Notes under the pieces: model-generated | The model's database searches: none | Seen by the model: only the letters and a program-made list of their open reading frames with translations | What the model was told of the DNA's origin: nothing | Program-made: the position numbers and the translations under genes | Shown: one piece after another, positions 42,201-56,500 of the stretch | Numbering within the stretch: the stretch's first letter is position 1 | Layout of the letters: each line of letters begins with the position of its first letter | DNA from: the human T2T-CHM13v2.0 reference genome, Homo sapiens | Direction: 5' to 3' (one strand) | NCBI RefSeq assembly: GCF_009914755.1 | Contig: NC_060933.1 | DNA length: 64,000 nucleotides

Positions 42201-43500
42201 ATACAACATTTTGATAACACTCTTTTTGTAGAATCTGCAAGTGGATATTTGGATAGCTTTGAAGGTTTCGTTGGAAACGGGAATATCTTCATATGAAATC
42301 AAGACAGAAGCATTCTCAGAAACTTCTCTGTGATGTTTGCATTCAACTCATAGAGTTGAACACTTCCCTTCATACAGCAGGTTTGAAACACTCTTTTTCT
42401 AATATTTGGAAGTGGACATTTGCAGCGCTTTGAGGCCTATGTTGAAAAAGGAAATATCTTCTCCTAAAAACCAGACAGAAGCATTCTCAGAAACTTCCTT
42501 GTGATGTGTGTACTCAAGTAACAGAGTTGAACCTTCCTTTTGACAGAGCAGTTTTGAACCACTCTTTTTGTAGAATCTGCAAGTGGATATTTTGATACCT
42601 TTGAGGATTTCGTTGGACACGGGATATCTTCATATAAAATCTAGACAGAAGCATTCTCAGAAACTTCTTTGTGCTGTATGTCCTCAATTAACAGAGTTGA
42701 ACCTTTGTGTGGATACAGCATTTTGGAAACATTCCTTTAGAAGAATCTGCAAGTAGATATTTAGATAGCTAGGAAGATTTCCTTGGAAACGGGAATATCT
42801 TCATATAAAATCTAGACGGAAGCATTCTCAGAAAGTGCTTTGTGATGTTTGCATTCAAGTCACAGAGTTGAATATTCCCTTTTATAGAGCAGGTTTGAAA
42901 CACTCTTTCTGCACTACCTGGAAGTGGACATTTGGAGCGCTTTGAGGCCTATGTTGAAAAAGGAAATATCTTCCCATAAAAACTAGACAGAAGCATTCTC
43001 AGAAACTTGTTTGTGATGTGTGTATTCAACTAACAGAGATGAACCTTTCTTTTTACAGAGCAGTTTTGAAACACTCTTTTTGTGGAATCTGAAAGTGGAT
43101 ATTTGGATAGCTTTGAGGATTTCGTTGGAAACGGGATTACATATAAAACCTAGAGAGAAGCATTCTCAGGAACTTCTTTGTGATGTTTGCCTTCAAGTCA
43201 CAGGACTGAACATTCCCTTTCATAGAGCAGGTTTGAAACACTCTTTCTGTAGTATCTGCAAGCTGACGTTTCAAGCGCTTTCAGGCCTATGGTGAGAAAG
43301 GAAATATCTTCAAGTAAAAACTAGACAGAAGCATTCTCAGAAACTTATTTGCCATGTGTGTTCTCAACTAACAGAGTTGAACCTTTGTTTTGATACGGCA
43401 TTTTGGAAACACTCTTTTTGTAGAAACTGCAGGTGGATATTCGGATAGCTTTGAAGGTTTCGTTGGAAACGGGAATATCTTCATATAAAATCTAGACGGA
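33300..43500 (+). repeat. Tandem duplication of a 5104-bp (30-monomer, 2x15-mer) block
   Basis: Rare variants paired at 5100/5104 offset: gcattatcagg 34321/39421, tatgttccc 35314/40418, cagggatga 36061/41165, tttgataac ~37110/42214, tgaaccact 37455/42559, aagtagat 37651/42755. Confidence 0.9.
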
Positions 43501-44348
43501 AGCATTCTCAGAAACTGCTTTGTGATGTTTTCATTCAAGTCACAGAGTAGAATCTTCCCTGTTATATACCAGGTTTCAGACACTCTTTCTGCACTACCTG
43601 GAAGTGGACATTTGCAGTGCTTTGAGGCCTATGATGAAAAAGGAAATATCTTCCCATAAAAACTAGACAGAAGCATTCTCAGAAACTTGTTTGTGATGTG
43701 TGTATTCAACTAACAGAGATGAACCTTTCTTTTTACAGAGCAGTTTTGAAACACTCTTTTTGTGGAATCTGAAAGTGGATATTTGGATAGCTTTGAGGAT
43801 TTCGTTGGAAACGGGATTACATATAAAATCTAGAGAGAAGCATTCTCAGGAACTTCTTTGTGATGTTTGCATTCACGTCACAGAACTGAACATTCCCTTT
43901 CATAGAGCATGTTTGAAACACTCTTTCTATAGTATCTGCAAACGGACATTTCAAACGCTTTCAGGCCTATGGTGAGAAAGGAAATATCTTCAAATAAAAA
44001 CTAGACAGAAGCATTCTCAGAAACTTATTTGCGATGTGTGTCCTCAACTTACAGAGTTGAACCTTTCTTTTGATACAACATTTTGGAAACACTCTTTTTG
44101 TAGAATCTGCAAGTGGATATTTGGATTGCTTTGAAGGTTTCGTTGGAAACGGGAATATCTTCATATGAAATCAAGACAGAAGCATTCTCAGAAACTTCTC
44201 TGTGATGTTTGCATTCAACTCATAGAGTTGAACACTTCCCTTCATACAGCAGGTTTGAAACACTCTTTTTCTAATATTTGGAAGTGGACATTTGCAGCGC
44301 TTTGAGGCCTATGTTGAAAAAGGAAATATCTTCTCCTAAAAACCAGAC

Positions 44349-47300
44349 AGAAGCATTCTCAGAAACTTCCTTGTGATGTGTGTACTCCAGTAACAGAGTT
44401 GAACCTTCCTTTTGACAGAGCAGTTTTGAAGCACTCTTTTTGTAGAATCTGCAAGTGGATATTTTGATACCTTTGAGGATTTCGTTGGACACGGGATATC
44501 TTCATATAAAATCTAGACAGAAGCATTCTCAGAAACTTCTTTGTGCTGTATGTCCTCAATTAACAGAGTTGAACCTTTGTGTGGATACAGCATTTTGGAA
44601 ACATTCCTTTAGTAGAATCTGCAAGTTGATATTTAGATAGCTAGGAAGATTTCCTTGGAAACGGGAATATCTTCATATAAAATCTAGACGGAAGCATTCT
44701 CAGAAAGTGCTTTGTGATGTTTGCATTCAAGTCACAGAGTTGAATATTCCCTTTTATAGAGCAGGTTTGAAACACTCTTTCTGCACTACCTGGAAGTGGA
44801 CATTTGGAGCGCTTTGAGGCCTATGTTGAAAAAGGAAATATCTTCCCATAAAAACTAGACAGAAGCATTCTCAGAAACTTGTTTGTGATGTGTGTATTCA
44901 ACTAACAGAGATGAACCTTTCTTTTTACAGAGCAGTTTTGAAACACTCTTTTTGTGGAATCTGAAAGTGGATATTTGGATAGCTTTGAGGATTTCGTTGG
45001 AAACGGGATTACATATAAAACCTAGAGAGAAGCATTCTCAGGAACTTCTTTGTGATGTTTGCCTTGAAGTCACAGGACTGAACATTCCCTTTCATAGAGC
45101 AGGTTTGAAACACTCTTTCTGTAGTATCTGCAAGCTGACGTTTCAAGCGCTTTCAGGCCTATGGTGACAAAGGAAATATCTTCAAGTAAAAACTAGACAG
45201 AAGCATTCTCAGAAACTTATTTCCCATATGTGTTCTCAACTAACAGAGTTGAACCTTTGTTTTGATACGGCATTTTGGAAACACTCTTTTTGTAGAATCT
45301 GCAGGTGGATATTCGGATAGCTTTGAAGGTTTCGTTGGAAACGGGAATATCTTCATATAAAATCTAGACGGAAGCATTCTCAGAAAGTGCTTTGTGATGT
45401 TTTCATTCAAGTCACAGAGTAGAATGTTCCCTGTTATATACCAGGTTTGAGACACTCTTTCTGCACTACCTGGAAGTGGACGTTTGGAGCGCTTTGAGGC
45501 CTATGTTGAAAAAGGAAATATCTTCCCATAAAAACTAGACAGAAGCATTCTCAGAAACTTGTTTGTGATGTGTGTATTCAACTAACAGAGATGAACCTTT
45601 CTTTTTACAGAGCAGTTTTGAAACACTCTTTTTGTGGAATCTGAAAGTGGATATTTGGATAGCTTTGAGGATTTCGTTGGAAACGGGATTACATATAAAA
45701 CCTAGAGAGAAGCATTCTCAGGAACTTCTTTGTGATGTTTGCATTCAAGTCACAGAACTGAACATTCCCTTTCATAGAGCAGGTTTGAAACACTCTTTCT
45801 GTAGTATCTGCAAGCTGACGTTTCAAGCGCTTTCAGGCCTATGGTGACAAAGGAAATATCTTCAAGTAAAAACTAGACAGAAGCATTCTCAGAAACTTAT
45901 TTGCGATGTGTGTTCTCAACTAACAGAGTTGAACCTTTGTTTTGATATGGCATTTTGGAAACACTCTTTTTGTAGAATCTGCAGGTGGATATTCGGATAG
46001 CTTTGAAGGTTTCGTTGGAAACGGGAATATCTTCATATAAAATCTTGACGGAAGCATTCTCAGAAACTGCTTTGTGATGTTTTCATTCAAGTCACAGAGT
46101 AGAATCTTCCCTGTTATATACCAGGTTTCAGACACTCTTTCTGCACTACCTGGAAGTGGACATTTGCAGCGCTTTGAGGCCTATGATGAAAAAGGAAATA
46201 TCTTCCCATAAAAACTAGACAGAAGCATTCTCAGAAACTTGTTTGTGATGTGTGTATTCAACTAACAGAGATGAACCTTTCTTTTTACAGAGCAGTTTTG
46301 AAACACTCTTTTTGTGGAATCTGAAAGTGGATATTTAGATAGCTTTGAGGATTTCGTTGGAAACGGGATTACATATAAAATCTAGAGAGAAGCATTCTCA
46401 GGAACTTCTTTGTGATGTTTGCATTCACGTCACAGAACTGAACATTCCCTTTCATAGAGCATGTTTGAAACACTCTTTCTGTAGTATCTGCAAACGGACA
46501 TTTCAAACGCTTTCAGGCCTATGGTGAGAAAGGAAATATCTTCAAATAAAAACTAGACAGAAGCATTCTCAGAAACTTATTTGCGATGTGTGTCCTCAAC
46601 TAACAGAGTTGAACCTTTCTTTTGATACAACATTTTGGAAACACTCTTTTTGTGGAATCTGCAAGTGGATATTTGGATAGCTTTGAAGGTTTCGTTGGAA
46701 ACGGGAATATCTTCATATAAAATCAAGACAGAAGCATTCTCAGAAACTTCTCTGTGATGTTTGCATTCAACTCATAGAGTTGAACACTTCCCTTCATACA
46801 GCAGGTTTGAAACACTCTTTTTGTAATATTTGGAAGTGGACATTTGCAGCGCTTTGAGGCCTATGATGAAAAAGGTAATATCTTCCCATAAAAACTAGAC
46901 AGAAGCATTCTCAGAAACTTGTTTGTGATGTGTGTATTCAACTAACAGAGATGAACCTTTCTTTTTACAGAGCAGTTTTGAAACACTCTTTTTGTGGAAT
47001 CTGAAAGTGGATATTTGGATAGCTTTGCGGATTTCGTTGGAAACGGGATTACATATAAAATCTAGGGAGAAGCATTCTCAGGAACTTCTTTGTGATGTTT
47101 GCATTCAAGTCACAGAACTGAACATTCCCTTTCATAGAGCAGGTTTGAAACACTCTTTCTGTAGTATCTGCAAGCGGACGTTTTAAGCGCTTTCAGGCCT
47201 GTGGTGAGAAAGGAAATATCTTCAAATAAAAACTAGACAGAAGCATTCTCAGAAACTTATTTGCGATGTGTGTCCTCAACTAACAGAGTTGAACCTTTCT

Positions 47301-47580
47301 TTTGATACAACATTTTGGAAACACTCTTTTTGTAGAATCTGCAAGTGGATATTTGGATAGCTTTGAAGGTTTCGTTGGAAACGGGAATATCTTCATATGA
47401 AATCAAGACAGAAGCATTCTCAGAAACTTCTCTGTGATGTTTGCATTCAACTCATAGAGTTGAACACTTCTCTTCATACAGCAGGTTTGAAACACTCTTT
47501 TTCTAATATTTGGAAGTGGACATTTGCAGCGCTTTGAGGCCTATGTTGAAAAAGGAAATATCTTCTCCTAAAAACCAGAC
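44349..47580 (+). repeat. 19-mer HOR (3232 bp), 4-mer order A-A-B-C; contains left junction of large duplication
   Basis: A-type 4-mers at ORFs 44892 and 45572, then B and C (46932). Confidence 0.93.
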
Positions 47581-50500
47581 AGAAGCATTCTCAGAAACTT
47601 CCTTGTGATGTGTGTACTCAAGTAACAGAGTTGAACCTTCCTTTTGACAGAGCAGTTTTGAAGCACTCTTTTTGTAGAATCTGCAAGTGGATATTTTGAT
47701 ACCATTGAGGATTTCGTTGGACACGGGATATCTTCATATAAAATCTAGACAGAAGCATTCTCAGAAACTTCTTTGTGCTGTATGTCCTCAATTAACAGAG
47801 TTGAACCTTTGTGTGGATACAGCATTTTGGAAACATTCCTTTAGTAGAATCTGCAAGTTGATATTTAGATAGCTAGGAAGAGTTCCTTGGAAACGGGAAT
47901 ATCTTCATATAAAATCTAGACGGAAGCATTCTCAGAAAGTGCTTTGTGATGTTTGCATTCAAGTCACAGAGTTGAATGTTCCCTTTTATAGAGCAGGTTT
48001 GAAACACTCTTTCTGCACTACCTGGAAGTGGACATTTGGAGCGCTTTGAGGCCTATGTTGAAAAAGGAAATATCTTCCCATAAAAACTAGACAGAAGCAT
48101 TCTCAGAAACTTGTTTGTGATGTGTGTATTCAACTAACAGAGATGAACCTTTCTTTTTACAGAGCAGTTTTGAAACACTCTTTTTGTGGAATCTGAAAGT
48201 GGATATTTGGATAGCTTTGAGGATTTCGTTGGAAACGGGATTACATATAAAACCTAGAGAGAAGCATTCTCAGGAACTTCTTTGTGATGTTTGCATTCAA
48301 GTCACAGAACTGAACATTCCCTTTCATAGAGCAGGTTTGAAACACTCTTTCTGTAGTATCTGCAAGCTGACGTTTCAAGCGCTTTCAGGCCTATGGTGAG
48401 AAAGGAAATATCTTCAAGTAAAAACTAGACAGAAGCATTCTCAGAAACTTATTTGCGATGTGTGTTCTCAACTAACAGAGTTGAACCTTTGTTTTGATAT
48501 GGCATTTTGGAAACACTCTTTTTGTAGAATCTGCAGGTGGATATTCGGATAGCTTTGAAGGTTTCGTTGGAAACGGGAATATCTTCATATAAAATCTAGA
48601 CGGAAGCATTCTCAGAAACTGCTTTGTGATGTTTTCATTCAAGTCACAGAGTAGAATGTTCCCTGTTATATACCAGGTTTGAGACACTCTTTCTGCACTA
48701 CCTGGAAGTGGACATTTGCAGCGCTCTGAGGCCTATGATGAAAAAGGAAATATCTTCCCATAAAAACTAGACAGAAGCATTCTCAGAAACTTGTTTGTGA
48801 TGTGTGTATTCAACTAACAGAGATGAACCTTTCTTTTTACAGAGCAGTTTTGAAACACTCTTTTTGTGGAATCTGAAAGTGGATATTTAGATAGCTTTGA
48901 GGATTTCGTTGGAAACGGGATTACATATAAAATCTAGAGAGAAGCATTCTCAGGAACTTCTTTGTGATGTTTGCATTCACGTCACAGAACTGAACATTCC
49001 CTTTCATAGAGCATGTTTGAAACACTCTTTCTGTAGTATCTGCAAACGGACATTTCAAACGCTTTCAGGCCTATGGTGAGAAAGGAAATATCTTCAAATA
49101 AAAACTAGACAGAAGCATTCTCAGAAACTTATTTGCGATGTGTGTCCTCAACTAACAGAGTTGAACCTTTCTTTTGATACAACATTTTGGAAACACTCTT
49201 TTTGTGGAATCTGCAAGTGGATATTTGGATAGCTTTGAAGGTTTCGTTGGAAACGGGAATATCTTCATATAAAATCAAGACAGAAGCATTCTCAGAAACT
49301 TCTCTGTGATGTTTGCATTCAACTCATAGAGTTGAACACTTCCCTTCATACAGCAGGTTTGAAACACTCTTTTTGTAATATTTGGAAGTGGACATTTGCA
49401 GCGCTTTGAGGCCTATGATGAAAAAGGTAATATCTTCCCATAAAAACTAGACAGAAGCATTCTCAGAAACTTGTTTGTGATGTGTGTATTCAACTAACAG
49501 AGATGAACCTTTCTTTTTACAGAGCAGTTTTGAAACACTCTTTTTGTGGAATCTGAAAGTGGATATTTGGATAGCTTTGCGGATTTCGTTGGAAACGGGA
49601 TTACATATAAAATCTAGGGAGAAGCATTCTCAGGAACTTCTTTGTGATGTTTGCATTCAAGTCACAGAACTGAACATTCCCTTTCATAGAGCAGGTTTGA
49701 AACACTCTTTCTGTAGTATCTGCAAGCGGACGTTTTAAGCGCTTTCAGGCCTGTGGTGAGAAAGGAAATATCTTCAAATAAAAACTAGACAGAAGCATTC
49801 TCAGAAACTTATTTGCGATGTGTGTCCTCAACTAACAGAGTTGAACCTTTCTTTTGATACAACATTTTGGAAACACTCTTTTTGTAGAATCTGCAAGTGG
49901 ATATTTGGATAGCTTTGAAGGTTTCGTTGGAAACGGGAATATCTTCATATGAAATCAAGACAGAAGCATTCTCAGAAACTTCTCTGTGATGTTTGCATTC
50001 AACTCATAGAGTTGAACACTTCTCTTCATACAGCAGGTTTGAAACACTCTTTTTCTAATATTTGGAAGTGGACATTTGCAGCGCTTTGAGGCCTATGTTG
50101 AAAAAGGAAATATCTTCTCCTAAAAACCAGACAGAAGCATTCTCAGAAACTTCCTTGTGATGTGTGTACTCAAGTAACAGAGTTGAACCTTCCTTTTGAC
50201 AGAGCAGTTTTGAAGCACTCTTTTTGTAGAATCTGCAAGTGGATATTTTGATACCATTGAGGATTTCGTTGGACACGGGATATCTTCATATAAAATCTAG
50301 ACAGAAGCATTCTCAGAAACTTCTTTGTGCTGTATGTCCTCAATTAACAGAGTTGAACCTTTGTGTGGATACAGCATTTTGGAAACATTCCTTTAGTAGA
50401 ATCTGCAAGTTGATATTTAGATAGCTAGGAAGAGTTCCTTGGAAACGGGAATATCTTCATATAAAATCTAGACGGAAGCATTCTCAGAAAGTGCTTTGTG

Positions 50501-53500
50501 ATGTTTGCATTCAAGTCACAGAGTTGAATGTCCCCTTTTATAGAGCAGGTTTGAAACACTCTTTCTGCACTACCTGGAAGTGGACATTTGGAGCGCTTTG
50601 AGGCCTATGTTGAAAAAGGAAATATCTTCCCATAAAAACTAGACAGAAGCATTCTCAGAAACTTGTTTGTGATGTGTGTATTCAACTAACAGAGATGAAC
50701 CTTTCTTTTTACAGAGCAGTTTTGAAACACTCTTTTTGTGGAATCTGAAAGTGGATATTTGGATAGCTTTGAGGATTTCGTTGGAAACGGGATTACATAT
50801 AAAACCTAGAGAGAAGCATTCTCAGGAACTTCTTTGTGATGTTTGCATTCAAGTCACAGAACTGAACATTCCCTTTCATAGAGCAGGTTTGAAACACTCT
50901 TTCTGTAGTATCTGCAAGCTGACGTTTCAAGCGCTTTCAGGCCTATGGTGAGAAAGGAAATATCTTCAAGTAAAAACTAGACAGAAGCATTCTCAGAAAC
51001 TTATTTGCGATGTGTGTTCTCAACTAACAGAGTTGAACCTTTGTTTTGATATGGCATTTTGGAAACACTCTTTTTGTAGAATCTGCAGGTGGATATTCGG
51101 ATAGCTTTGAAGGTTTCGTTGGAAACGGGAATATCTTCATATAAAATCTAGACGGAAGCATTCTCAGAAACTGCTTTGTGATGTTTTCATTCAAGTCACA
51201 GAGTAGAATGTTCCCTGTTATATACCAGGTTTGAGACACTCTTTCTGCACTACCTGGAAGTGGACATTTGCAGCGCTTTGAGGCCTATGATGAAAAAGGA
51301 AATATCTTCCCATAAAAACTAGACAGAAGCATTCTCAGAAACTTCTTTGTGATGTGTGTATTCAACTAACAGAGATGAACCTTTCTTTTTACAGAGCAGT
51401 TTTGAAACACTCTTTTTGTGGAATCTGAAAGTGGATATTTGGATAGCTTTGAGGATTTCGTTGGAAACGGGATTACATATAAAATCTAGAGAGAAGCATT
51501 CTCAGGAACTTCTTTGTGATGTTTGCATTCACGTCACAGAACTGAACATTCCCTTTCATAGAGCATGTTTGAAACACTCTTTCTGTAGTATCTACAAACG
51601 GACATTTCAAACGCTTTCAGGCCTATGGTGAGAAAGGAAATATCTTCAAATAAAAACTAGACAGAAGCATTCTCAGAAACTTATTTGCGATGTGTGTCCT
51701 CAACTAACAGAGTTGAACCTTTCTTTTGATACAACATTTTGGAAACACTCTTTTTGTAGAATCTGCAAGTGGATATTTGAATAGCTTTGAAGGTTTCGTT
51801 GGAAACGGGAATATCTTCATATAAAATCAAGACAGAAGCATTCTCAGAAACTTCTCTGTGATGTTTGCATTCAACTCATAGAGTTGAACACTTCCCTTCA
51901 TACAGCAGGTTTGAAACACTCTTTTTGTAACATTTGGAAGTGGACATTTGCAGCGCTTTGAGGCCTATGTTGAAAAAGGAAATATCTTCTCCTAAAAACC
52001 AGACAGAAGCATTCTCAGAAACTTCCTTGTGATGTGTGTACTCCAGTAACAGAGTTGAACCTTCCTTTTGACAGAGCAGTTTTGAAGCACTCTTTTTGTA
52101 GAATCTGCAAGTGGATATTTTGATACCTTTGAGGATTTCGTTGGACACGGGATATCGTCATATAAAATCTAGACAGAAGCATTCTCAGAAACTTCTTTGT
52201 GCTGTATGTCCTCAATTAACAGAGTTGAACCTTTGTGTGGATACAGCATTTTGGAAACATTCCTTTAGTAGAATCTGCAAGTTGATATTTAGATAGCTAG
52301 GAAGATTTCCTTGGAAACGGGAATATCTTCATATAAAATCTAGACGGAAGCATTCTCAGAAAGTGCTTTGTGATGTTTGCATTCAAGTCACAGAGTTGAA
52401 TATTCCCTTTTATAGAGCAGGTTTGAAACACTCTTTCTGCACTACCTGGAAGTGGACATTTGGAGCGCTTTGAGGCCTATGTTGAAAAACGAAATATCAT
52501 CCCATAAAAACTAGACAGAAGCATTCTCAGAAACTTGTTTGTGATGTGTGTATTCAACTAACAGAGATGAACCTTTCTTTTTACAGAGCAGTTTTGAAAC
52601 ACTCTTTTTGTGGAATCTGAAAGTGGATATTTGGATAGCTTTGAGGATTTCGTTGGAAACGGGATTACATATAAAACCTAGAGAGAAGCATTCTCAGGAA
52701 CTTCTTTGTGATGTTTGCCTTCAAGTCACAGGACTGAACATTCCCTTTCATAGAGCAGGTTTGAAACACTCTTTCTGTAGTATCTGCAAGCTGACGTTTC
52801 AAGCGCTTTCAGGCCTATGGTGAGAAAGGAAATATCTTCAAGTAAAAACTAGACAGAAGCATTCTCAGAAACTTATTTGCCATGTGTGTTCTCAACTAAC
52901 AGAGTTGAACCTTTGTTTTGATACGGCATTTTGGAAACACTCTTTTTGTAGAATCTGCAGGTGGATATTCGGATAGCTTTGAAGGTTTCGTTGGAAACGG
53001 GAATATCTTCATATAAAATCTTGACGGAAGCATTCTCAGAAACTGCTTTGTGATGTCTTCATTCAAGTCACAGAGTAGAATCTTCCCTGTTATATACCAG
53101 GTTTCAGACACTCTTTCTGCACTACCTGGAAGTGGACATTTGCAGCGCTTTGAGGCCTATGATGAAAAAGGAAATATCTTCCCATAAAAACTAGACAGAA
53201 GCATTCTCAGAAACTTGTTTGTGATGTGTGTATTCAACTAACAGAGATGAACCTTTCTTTTTACAGAGCAGTTTTGAAACACTCTTTTTGTGGAATCTGA
53301 AAGTGGATATTTAGATAGCTTTGAGGATTTCGTTGGAAACGGGATTACATATAAAATCTAGAGAGAAGCATTCTCAGGAACTTCTTTGTGATGTTTGCAT
53401 TCACGTCACAGAACTGAACATTCCCTTTCATAGAGCATGTTTGAAACACTCTTTCTGTAGTATCTGCAAACGGACATTTCAAACGCTTTCAGGCCTATGG

Positions 53501-56500
53501 TGAGAAAGGAAATATCTTCAAATAAAAACTAGACAGAAGCATTCTCAGAAACTTATTTGCGATGTGTGTCCTCAACTAACAGAGTTGAACCTTTCTTTTG
53601 ATACAACATTTTGGAAACACTCTTTTTGTGGAATCTGCAAGTGGATATTTGGATAGCTTTGAAGGTTTCGTTGGAAACGGGAATATCTTCATATAAAATC
53701 AAGACAGAAGCATTCTCAGAAACTTCTCTGTGATGTTTGCATTCAACTCATAGAGTTGAACACTTCCCTTCATACAGCAGGTTTGAAACACCCTTTTTGT
53801 AATATTTGGAAGTGGACATTTGCAGCGCTTTGAGGCCTATGATGAAAAAGGTAATATCTTCCCATAAAAACTAGACAGAAGCATTCTCAGAAACTTGTTT
53901 GTGATGTGTGTATTCAACTAACAGAGATGAACCTTTCTTTTTACAGAGCAGTTTTGAAACACTCTTTTTGTGGAATCTGAAAGTGGATATTTGGATAGCT
54001 TTGCGGATTTCGTTGGAAACGGGATTACATATAAAATCTAGGGAGAAGCATTCTCAGGAACTTCTTTGTGATGTTTGCATTCACGTCACAGAACTGAACA
54101 TTCCCTTTCATAGAGCAGGTTTGAAACACTCTTTCTGTAGTATCTGCAAGCGGACGTTTTAAGCGCTTTCAGGCCTGTGGTGAGAAAGGAAATATCTTCA
54201 AATAAAAACTAGACAGAAGCATTCTCAGAAACTTATTTGCGATGTGTGTCCTCAACTAACAGAGTTGAACCTTTCTTTTGATACAACATTTTGGAAACAC
54301 TCTTTTTGTAGAATCTGCAAGTGGATATTTGGATAGCTTTGAAGGTTTCGTTGGAAACGGGAATATCTTCATATGAAATCAAGACAGAAGCATTCTCAGA
54401 AACTTCTCTGTGATGTTTGCATTCAACTCATAGAGTTGAACACTTCTCTTCATACAGCAGGTTTGAAACACTCTTTTTCTAATATTTGGAAGTGGACATT
54501 TGCAGCGCTTTGAGGCCTATGTTGAAAAAGGAAATATCTTCTCCTAAAAACCAGACAGAAGCATTCTCAGAAACTTCCTTGTGATGTGTGTACTCAAGTA
54601 ACAGAGTTGAACCTTCCTTTTGACAGAGCAGTTTTGAAGCACTCTTTTTGTAGAATCTGCAAGTGGATATTTTGATACCATTGAGGATTTCGTTGGACAC
54701 GGGATATCTTCATATAAAATCTAGACAGAAGCATTCTCAGAAACTTCTTTGTGCTGTATGTCCTCAATTAACAGAGTTGAACCTTTGTGTGGATACAGCA
54801 TTTTGGAAACATTCCTTTAGTAGAATCTGCAAGTTGATATTTAGATAGCTAGGAAGAGTTCCTTGGAAACGGGAATATCTTCATATAAAATCTAGACGGA
54901 AGCATTCTCAGAAAGTGCTTTGTGATGTTTGCATTCAAGTCACAGAGTTGAATGTCCCCTTTTATAGAGCAGGTTTGAAACACTCTTTCTGCACTACCTG
55001 GAAGTGGACATTTGGAGCGCTTTGAGGCCTATGTTGAAAAAGGAAATATCTTCCCATAAAAACTAGACAGAAGCATTCTCAGAAACTTGTTTGTGATGTG
55101 TGTATTCAACTAACAGAGATGAACCTTTCTTTTTACAGAGCAGTTTTGAAACACTCTTTTTGTGGAATCTGAAAGTGGATATTTGGATAGCTTTGAGGAT
55201 TTCGTTGGAAACGGGATTACATATAAAACCTAGAGAGAAGCATTCTCAGGAACTTCTTTGTGATGTTTGCATTCAAGTCACAGAACTGAACATTCCCTTT
55301 CATAGAGCAGGTTTGAAACACTCTTTCTGTAGTATCTGCAAGCTGACGTTTCAAGCGCTTTCAGGCCTATGGTGAGAAAGGAAATATCTTCAAGTAAAAA
55401 CTAGACAGAAGCATTCTCAGAAACTTATTTGCGATGTGTGTTCTCAACTAACAGAGTTGAACCTTTGTTTTGATATGGCATTTTGGAAACACTCTTTTTG
55501 TAGAATCTGCAGGTGGATATTCGGATAGCTTTGAAGGTTTCGTTGGAAACGGGAATATCTTCATATAAAATCTAGACGGAAGCATTCTCAGAAACTGCTT
55601 TGTGATGTTTTCATTCAAGTCACAGAGTAGAATGTTCCCTGTTATATACCAGGTTTGAGACACTCTTTCTGCACTACCTGGAAGTGGACATTTGCAGCGC
55701 TTTGAGGCCTATGATGAAAAAGGAAATATCTTCCCATAAAAACTAGACAGAAGCATTCTCAGAAACTTGTTTGTGATGTGTGTATTCAACTAACAGAGAT
55801 GAACCTTTCTTTTTACAGAGCAGTTTTGAAACACTCTTTTTGTGGAATCTGAAAGTGGATATTTGGATAGCTTTGAGGATTTCGTTGGAAACGGGATTAC
55901 ATATAAAATCTAGAGAGAAGCATTCTCAGGAACTTCTTTGTGATGTTTGCATTCACGTCACAGAACTGAACATTCCCTTTCATAGAGCATGTTTGAAACA
56001 CTCTTTCTGTAGTATCTACAAACGGACATTTCAAACGCTTTCAGGCCTATGGTGAGAAAGGAAATATCTTCAAATAAAAACTAGACAGAAGCATTCTCAG
56101 AAACTTATTTGCGATGTGTGTCCTCAACTAACAGAGTTGAACCTTTCTTTTGATACAACATTTTGGAAACACTCTTTTTGTAGAATCTGCAAGTGGATAT
56201 TTGAATAGCTTTGAAGGTTTCGTTGGAAACGGGAATATCTTCATATAAAATCAAGACAGAAGCATTCTCAGAAACTTCTCTGTGATGTTTGCATTCAACT
56301 CATAGAGTTGAACACTTCCCTTCATACAGCAGGTTTGAAACACTCTTTTTGTAACATTTGGAAGTGGACATTTGCAGCGCTTTGAGGCCTATGTTGAAAA
56401 AGGAAATATCTTCTCCTAAAAACCAGACAGAAGCATTCTCAGAAACTTCCTTGTGATGTGTGTACTCCAGTAACAGAGTTGAACCTTCCTTTTGACAGAG

